From Paraspadella gotoi (Eukaryota > Animalia > Chaetognatha): DNA of 13,169 nt. The notes beneath the pieces are model-generated. The model ran no database searches. It was given only the letters and a program-made list of their open reading frames with translations, and was not told where the DNA came from. This document shows, one piece after another, positions 7,506-13,169 of the stretch. The DNA is taken from contig JBJCIZ010000585.1 in the NCBI GenBank assembly GCA_051294375.1, positions 1 through 13,169 on the forward strand, written 5' to 3'. The translations under genes and the position numbers were made by a program. Position 1 is the first letter of the stretch, and each line of letters begins with the position of its first letter.

Positions 7506-8388
7506 CTAAAATCTCATTTGCATATCAGTAGTTGCGACGAGATGGTCGCCGTTGCCGGCGTTTTTATGCGGCATGGGCACCCGTCCGGCGGCGGTAACCG
7601 TCGGCGGCGCCTCGCGAGATACGCCGTCAAGATTAACGACGATCTGATCGTTGCCGGCCTCTTCTTTTTTGAGATAGAGAGAGTGAGAGGAGAGAGCAGA
7701 GAGAGCTGTTGATGCGCTCTCGGAGGGAGAGCGAACCTTTTAAACATTTCAGCCTGTTTGTTGCCTTCTTTGTCGCTCAAGCTCACTACTGTCAGTACAG
7801 AAACGTATTCATCTGAATATAATGAGGAAAATATTTCAAGTTGGAAAATCGGAATTTAAGTACTTGATTTAGAACGGGATTTGGTTACCCTTGATTTTAG
7901 AACTGTGATTTGGTACTTGATTTAGAACTAGAATTTGGTACTTGTTTAGCAACTGGATTAGGTACTTGATTTGACTGGATGTTGGGTATTGATTTTAGAA
8001 CTGGATTGACGTACTTTGGATTTAGAACCGGGATTTGGTACTTGATTTGGTACTGGATTTGGTACTGATTAGACCGGATTGCTACTTTTATTTCGGTTAC
8101 TGGATTTAGTACTTTATTGGTTACTTGATTTGGTTCTGGATTTGTACTTGATTTGGATACTGGTTCGGTTACTGAATTTGGTACTTTGATTTCCGGTGCT
8201 CTGATTTTCTGGCTTTTGATTTTGTTTGAGAGTTCAGATTCTTTATCAAATTTCGGTACGAAATTTTCTGGCTTTGATTTAATTTTTTTACATTTAGTGG
8301 GATTTGAATATTTGATATGGTTCCTGATTTTTGCCGTTTTGATTTTGGAGTTATATATGGAATTTATTTTACATTCAATGTGATACAA
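7506..8388 (-). CDS. Putative spliced low-complexity protein with N/P/V/Q-rich (NPVLNQVP-type) repeats; frameshifted, unknown family
   Basis: 163-codon ORF 8388-7897 with NQVPNPV/PVLN units, then EIFSSLYSDEYVSVLTVVSLSDKEGNKQAEMFK, a donor-like AG|GTTCGC at 7736, a CT-rich intron to ~7661, and an open frame AGNDQIVVNLDGVSRE...MQMRF* (TAG 7508-7506). Joining the pieces requires assumed indels. Confidence 0.35.
7858..8190. repeat. Degenerate 12/24-nt tandem repeat (ggtacttgattt + agaactggattt)
   Basis: tacttgattt and actggattt/agaac motifs recur at about 12-nt spacing; the reverse complement encodes NQVP/NPVL. Confidence 0.8.
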
Positions 8389-8760
8389 TATATGACAATG
8401 ATTAGGTGCTAAATTTAGTTTGATATTAGCTGTTTCAGTAAGCCTTTTGATTTGTTGTTAAACTTTAGATTTTAAATTTTACGTGGAGACGCCAAAATAA
8501 ACCTTTTTGAAATTTCTTTATTTCAAATTGTTGGAAATATTATTTTGAACATTCGATAGAACTCTATTTATTTTAACTAAGGGAAATCTAGCCTTTGGGC
8601 AAACGAACGATCCTTACAACAATGAATATGTAAGAGTTTATGACTTTATTGGCAAAAACTAATTCCGAAGGGCAGATATGAGAAGCTAGTAGAAATCTTT
8701 CCTATCCTTTCCCATACGTGGTTTATCGGCAGACCGTAGATAGCGCGCAGCCGGAATGTG

Positions 8761-8850
8761 AGAAGAGGAGAGGAGAGATAGAGAGAGATGAGAGACGAGA
8801 GAGATGAGGAGAGAAGAGAGGAGAGAGAGAGATGAGGAGAGAGAGAGACT
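8761..8850. repeat. (GA)n-rich block
   Basis: Seen directly. Confidence 0.9.
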
Positions 8851-9233
8851 GACTCGCTCTTCAGTCCTGCAGTGGCGGAATTTCGACTGATAAACCGCGA
8901 CTCGGATCAATTAATCTCTTTACGTCCGAACCTTCTTTCCGCTTCCGATATCAGTCATGCCATCCAGGCAACCTTTCTTATCCATTTGCCATCCATGGGC
9001 CCCATCTCATCCATGCCATCCGATTCTCATATCTCATCATGCCGTATTTAATCCTCGACGGATATTGTTAAGCATCCTTTTAAACATATTTCCTCCTCTT
9101 CCTATCCTTTCCAGTTTTCTATTCAACCTCTTTCTCTTCTCTTCTCCTTCTCTTCTGCTTCCTCTTCTCTTTGAAAGTTGTAAACGAGAATGATGCTCAC
9201 CCAACCCTACACCTTTCTCACCTGATATGGATG

Positions 9234-9683
9234 CCCTTCAACACCCTCGATCACCCCCTCATACAACTCCGACGTACCTCACCCCTCAACCACCCCCGAC
9301 TCAACCCCTCAACACCCCCGACTGACCCTCAACCACCCCACGGCACGAGAGACACTGACCCCCTCAACACCCCCGACTCACCCCACTAAACACCCCGAAC
9401 TCACCCTCAACACCCCCCGACATCACCCTCAAACACCCCCGATCACCCCTGCAACAACCCCCGACTCACCCCTCAACACCCCGCGACTCACCCCTCGTGA
9501 ACACCCCCGTACTCACCCCTCAACAACCCCGACCTCACCCCTCAACACCCCCGACTCCACCCCTCAACAACCCCCGACTCACCGCTCAAACATCCCCGAC
9601 TCACCTCAACACCCCGCACTCACCCCTCAACACCCTCGACTCACCCCTCAACACCCTTCGACTCACCCCCTCAAAACACCCCC
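9234..9683. repeat. 21-nt C-rich minisatellite, about 21 copies; consensus gactcacccctcaacaccccc
   Basis: Unit visible throughout 9234-9683, with homopolymer-length and 1-nt indel variation. Confidence 0.93.
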
Positions 9684-9832
9684 AATCTTCCAGAAACGAA
9701 TCTTCCGGAGTTCTTCACGGGGAAGAATCCGCTGTGGGGGGAGCTACACTCGCGAAGAAGCCACGGGATACGGAGTCGTCTTCTGCTCAACTGTTTGGAG
9801 CGGCAGAATGGAGAAAAGAGCGATCGCCGTTT
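9667..9832 (-). CDS. Putative exon of an unknown protein, ending in the first minisatellite unit
   Basis: Minus strand: long CT tract plus CAG acceptor (AG 9834-9833), 166 nt of mostly unique sequence (one frame ...RGFFASVAPPQRILPREELRKIRFWKIGGVLR), then G|GTGAGT at 9666. True frame uncertain. Confidence 0.4.
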
Positions 9833-9838
9833 CTGGTG

Positions 9839-9987
9839 GAGAGAGAGAGAAGAGAGAGAGAGAAGACGAAAGAGAGGGAAGAACAAGAGAGAGGAGAGAG
9901 AGAGAGAAGGGATTAAATAACATCATCCTTTCGATCGTCGTCTCAACGATCATCATCGTCTTCCTCACTCGCTCTCTCTCTCTCTCT

Positions 9988-10046
<59 letters not shown>

Positions 10047-10057
10047 GCTCTCTCTCC
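9839..10057. repeat. GA block (9839-9910) followed by (CT)n microsatellite (9972-10057)
   Basis: Seen directly; long near-perfect (CT)n run around 9997-10041. Confidence 0.9.
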
Positions 10058-10151
10058 GTTGTTCATCGGGCGACGGTCCTTGTGGTTTTGTAGTTTTATG
10101 CCGCCTTTTTGTTTGATAAAGGTCGTGTTATTGTTTCGTTTGGTATTTCTT

Positions 10152-10256
10152 TCGTCATCGTCGTCGTCGGTCAGTCGTGCCGTGTCATCGTCGTCGGTCA
10201 TCGTCGTTCGTCTCGTCGCCTTCGCTGATGTTTCGTCGTCGTCGTCGTCAGTCGTC
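10152..10256. repeat. Clustered (TCG)n/(GAC)n trinucleotide runs; poly-Asp if read on the minus strand
   Basis: Three tcgtcgtcg clusters; the minus ORF 9965-10315 reads TDDDDD...TDDDD...TDDDDD. Confidence 0.75.
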
Positions 10257-10422
10257 GGGCCTCCGACGGCGGACGCTGCAAGTGTTTGTTCGCCTGAGCG
10301 CAAAGGAGAAAACATTTTTTTGTTTCTTCACAGAATCACCCAGAAAAAAGAAGAGAAAAAAAAAGGAAAAAAGGAAAAAAGATAAAAACTTAAAATAAAT
10401 TTCTTTTTTTTTCTCTCTCGGC

Positions 10423-10520
10423 TGTTTGTCTTCTCGCCTCCATTGATGTTGTCTTCTCGCTTCCAGATGTTGTCTTCTCGCCTCCATGATGTTGTCTCTC
10501 GCTCCATGATGTTTTCTCCT
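10423..10520. repeat. ~21-nt tandem repeat, 4-5 copies (gatgttgtcttctcgcctcca)
   Basis: Seen directly; minus frame gives MEARRQH/LEARRQH heptads inside ORF 10248-10706. Confidence 0.8.
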
Positions 10521-10884
10521 GCCGCGCTGCGTCGCGCCTGTGGTGCGTGTTTCCTTCGCCGAGTTGATATTGTCAATGTTCCTCTGCTCGATTCGCCTTT
10601 GTTCTAATTCGCTGTGATGTTGGTAAATGTGCATTCCTCCGTTCGTGGAGGTGGTGTCCCTCGCTGATGTGTTCTCCAGCAGTGATGTCAATGCTGGCAG
10701 TTCCACCGCTTGTTTTCTGTTGTTCCTCCACTATTGTTGATGTTTCTAATGCTGTTGTATTGAATTTTTTTGTGTGTGTGTTTGTCTCGTTCTCCTCAAT
10801 GTATTTAATTCTTTTTTTTTGGTTCCTTTTTTTTTGCGCCTCGAAGATTCTTTCCGGATGTTTATTCGGGGTCAGTAAGAGCGG

Positions 10885-11352
10885 CGAGAGAAGAGGTAGA
10901 GGCAGGAGGAAAGAGGAGAGGAAGAGGATGGAGTGGAAGGGAGATCGTGTAAGAGGAAATTGCGAGAGTAAAGAAAAGGGAAGGCGGAGGATTAAGGAGA
11001 TTAAACCAGTCATGAGCGCAGGGGGGAGAAGAAGAAGAAAAAGAGGAGAGAGAGCAGAGAGAGAGAGAGAGATGAGCGAGAGAGGGAAGAGAAGAGAGAG
11101 AGAAGGGAGAACTTTAGCGGTAAGAGAGCATAAAGAGACAGGAGAAAAAACAGTATATAAAATAGAAAATAAAAAAATGGTGTTGGCGCAGAAAAGAAAG
11201 CCAAAGGGAAAGAGAGAGGAAATAGATAGGTAAGTTGGAGAAAGGATAAAGAGAGAGAAAAGAGAGAGGAACAATGAGAGGGAAAGAAAGAGGAATAGAT
11301 AGCAGGAAACCAAGACGAGGCAAAGAAAGAGGAAAGAGAGGAGAAAAGGACA
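10885..11352. repeat. Long purine-rich (GA) low-complexity block
   Basis: Seen directly; accounts for the L/S/F-rich 356-aa minus ORF and the R/E/K-rich plus ORFs. Confidence 0.85.
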
Positions 11353-11548
11353 AAGAAGTTCAATCCAGCATTCGATTGGAATTTCATTCCAATTTAATCG
11401 ACGTTCGTTTTTTCTGCTTCTTTGATCGGGTTCCGTTTTTCGGCGACCAACCCGGATATCCATTTGCTCCCACCCAAATTTCACTTGGACCCCAATTCTA
11501 ACCGCCCCCCTATTGTACAAAACGACCCAACACACACAGCCACACACT

Positions 11549-11631
11549 TTTTTTCTCCTCTCTCTCTCTCTCTCTCCCTCTGCTCTCCTCTCTCCTCTCC
11601 TCTCCCTCTCTCCTCCATCTCCCTCCTCTCC
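11549..11631. repeat. (CT)n / polypyrimidine block
   Basis: Seen directly. Confidence 0.85.
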
Positions 11632-12360
11632 CGAAACGGTCATTTCAATCTATCGCCAAACATAACACTTCATGACCTTTTCCTTCACCCCCCTCCATCT
11701 TTGCTAATATCACTCGGACCCTAAAAGAACATTATATTAGTCTCTGGTACTCTTTTTTTTTTTTTCCCCCCATTTTTCTCTACTGTTAAATTGGCGAATG
11801 CGCTCCACCTCCCCCCCCCCTGTCGGTCAAACCCCTTTTGAAGTCCGCCAAATCTAACGGTTTTCCTGCTAATTCTCTTTCTTTCTCTTCTTTTTCTCGC
11901 CTTGAAAAAATTCGCAATCCCCGGTGCTCAGTTTGCCGTAGAAAAGTTTCGTTTGGTTTGTTTTGTTTGTGTGTTTCTTTTTGAGGTTTAGCCTTTTCGT
12001 TTTGTGAAGAAACTCACGTATTCTTTCCAAATAATTGAATAGGAGCCTGGCATTGTGCATCCAATATAATTCGAAAATTACGATATTGAATTTGTCAACA
12101 TTTAAAAAAAACCTTTCCAGTCTCGCTGCTTTCTCGTCTCTCGCTCTCTCAATCCACGCAAGTCGTCCCCTCTCCGCATTCTCTTACTTCAACTCTCATT
12201 CCCCGCCGATTCCACCTCCCATCCCCGCCAAGCGCCCAGGCAACGTCTCACCACTTCGCGTCAAGAAATGCGTGCATGCTCGACTGATGCGCGTTGTGAC
12301 GGATGAGCACACGAAAGAGGAAACGCTCCAACAGAAAAGTGCCGGATTCACGCCGGCAAG

Positions 12361-12458
12361 GATATGTGGAGAAGAATCGAAGCGGAAAGTTGAGGCGTGT
12401 CGACTCGGACAAGATCGGGTCCTCTGGGGCGTGGAGGGGCAAGTTTCACGCGGGGAAG
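12361..12458 (+). pseudogene. Possible protein kinase subdomain I (Gly-loop) exon fragment
   Basis: DMWRRIEAE / KLRRVDSDKIGSSGAWRGKFHAGK, then donor AAG|GTGAGT at 12459 and tttacag acceptor at 12513. Loosely like W-I---L----IGxGxFGxVxxG. No VAVK, HRD or DFG found downstream. Confidence 0.22.
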
Positions 12459-12831
12459 GTGAGTCAAAAAGTCGGGGCTAGTGGAAGAGCCAATGCTGTC
12501 TGTGTATTTACAGCAATCTATCGTGATCCTGCCGGCTAGCGGTGATCTATAATAATCTCAGCTGTAATGTCAGAATGAGATTTGAACGGATGGTTTCCAC
12601 GTTCGTTTCTTCGCTCGATGAATACTGAGGACACGATCCGGGGTCAGGCCCCAAAGTGCGGCAATGTCGAAGGTGACCCGAGCCGAAGAGGGTTTGAGCG
12701 AACCATTCGGGCACGACGATGGATACCCCCAAGAATCGTCTATCACAACTTCCGTTTTTCCCCTCTACCTAATCCTTTTACATGTACAAACACCTTCTTC
12801 CCCCCTCGTCTCTCTCTACCTCTGACCCCAG

Positions 12832-13002
12832 GCCACCCTGAGCTCGGAGATCCAGATGGACGGTGGCTACTCCCTTGCGGCCTTTGCAAAACGAGTAGAT
12901 CGTTGAAGAGAGTGAGGAAGAATGATCGCCACGGGAGTGAGGACGATCGTAGAGGAGCCGATATGCCCGAGCTTACCAATGGCGCCATCGGAACTCTTTC
13001 AA
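12832..13002 (+). CDS. Exon-like segment, product unknown
   Basis: Preceded by a pyrimidine tract, CTGAC (12822-12826) and CAG (12829-12831); followed by GTGAGT at 13003. 171 nt with one open frame (part of ORF 12582-13010). Confidence 0.4.
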
Positions 13003-13169
13003 GTGAGTAGAGATGATTTAGTTGTATCATCGTTGAATAACTCAACAAATAAGAGTTAAATTGTTACGAATGTTACGTGTGATCGGAGGTAAATTATTAG
13101 ATCATCCTATGATTATCTTATTTACGGCATTGGAGTATTGCCGTATCCGTCTCCATCCCCAGACGCTTG

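Noticed and set aside
8686-8910. 74-aa minus ORF as the missing GDH or carboxypeptidase exon
   Set aside because: About 30 codons are GA repeat; the unique parts match neither family in the frames examined.
9234-9683. CRISPR array or telomeric tract
   Set aside because: No spacers; internal position; the 21-nt unit does not resemble the TTAGGG-like repeats at the window start.
10573-11643. 356-aa minus-strand ORF as a membrane protein
   Set aside because: The L/S/F/P content is the translation of CT-rich low-complexity DNA, which lacks stop codons.

Overview
Eukaryotic, intron-containing, microsatellite-rich genomic DNA with a 212-nt N gap (3012-3223). Indels disrupt even the most conserved motifs, so this is either unpolished or chimeric assembly or a strongly decayed region. 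No intact full-length gene is visible. Best supported: two tandem tRNA-Cys(GCA) copies, one degenerate tRNA-His(GTG), and two frameshifted exons of a gdhA-type glutamate dehydrogenase (PYKGGLRFHP...KFLAFE...FKNALTG; DVPAGDI). Weaker: fragments resembling an exosome RNase PH subunit (Rrp46/Rrp41), the C-terminus of an S10 serine carboxypeptidase and a kinase Gly-loop. Repeats: a 51-nt array with one Pol III B-box-like motif per unit, a 21-nt minisatellite with one minus-strand splice donor per unit, a 12/24-nt coding-type repeat, a ~100-bp inverted-repeat pair around the gap, and opposing GA/CT blocks. Most long ORFs in the supplied track are microsatellite artefacts. I cannot support a new multi-gene system; the two motif-carrying arrays are the most unusual items. 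All protein calls are motif recognition by eye, not database results.
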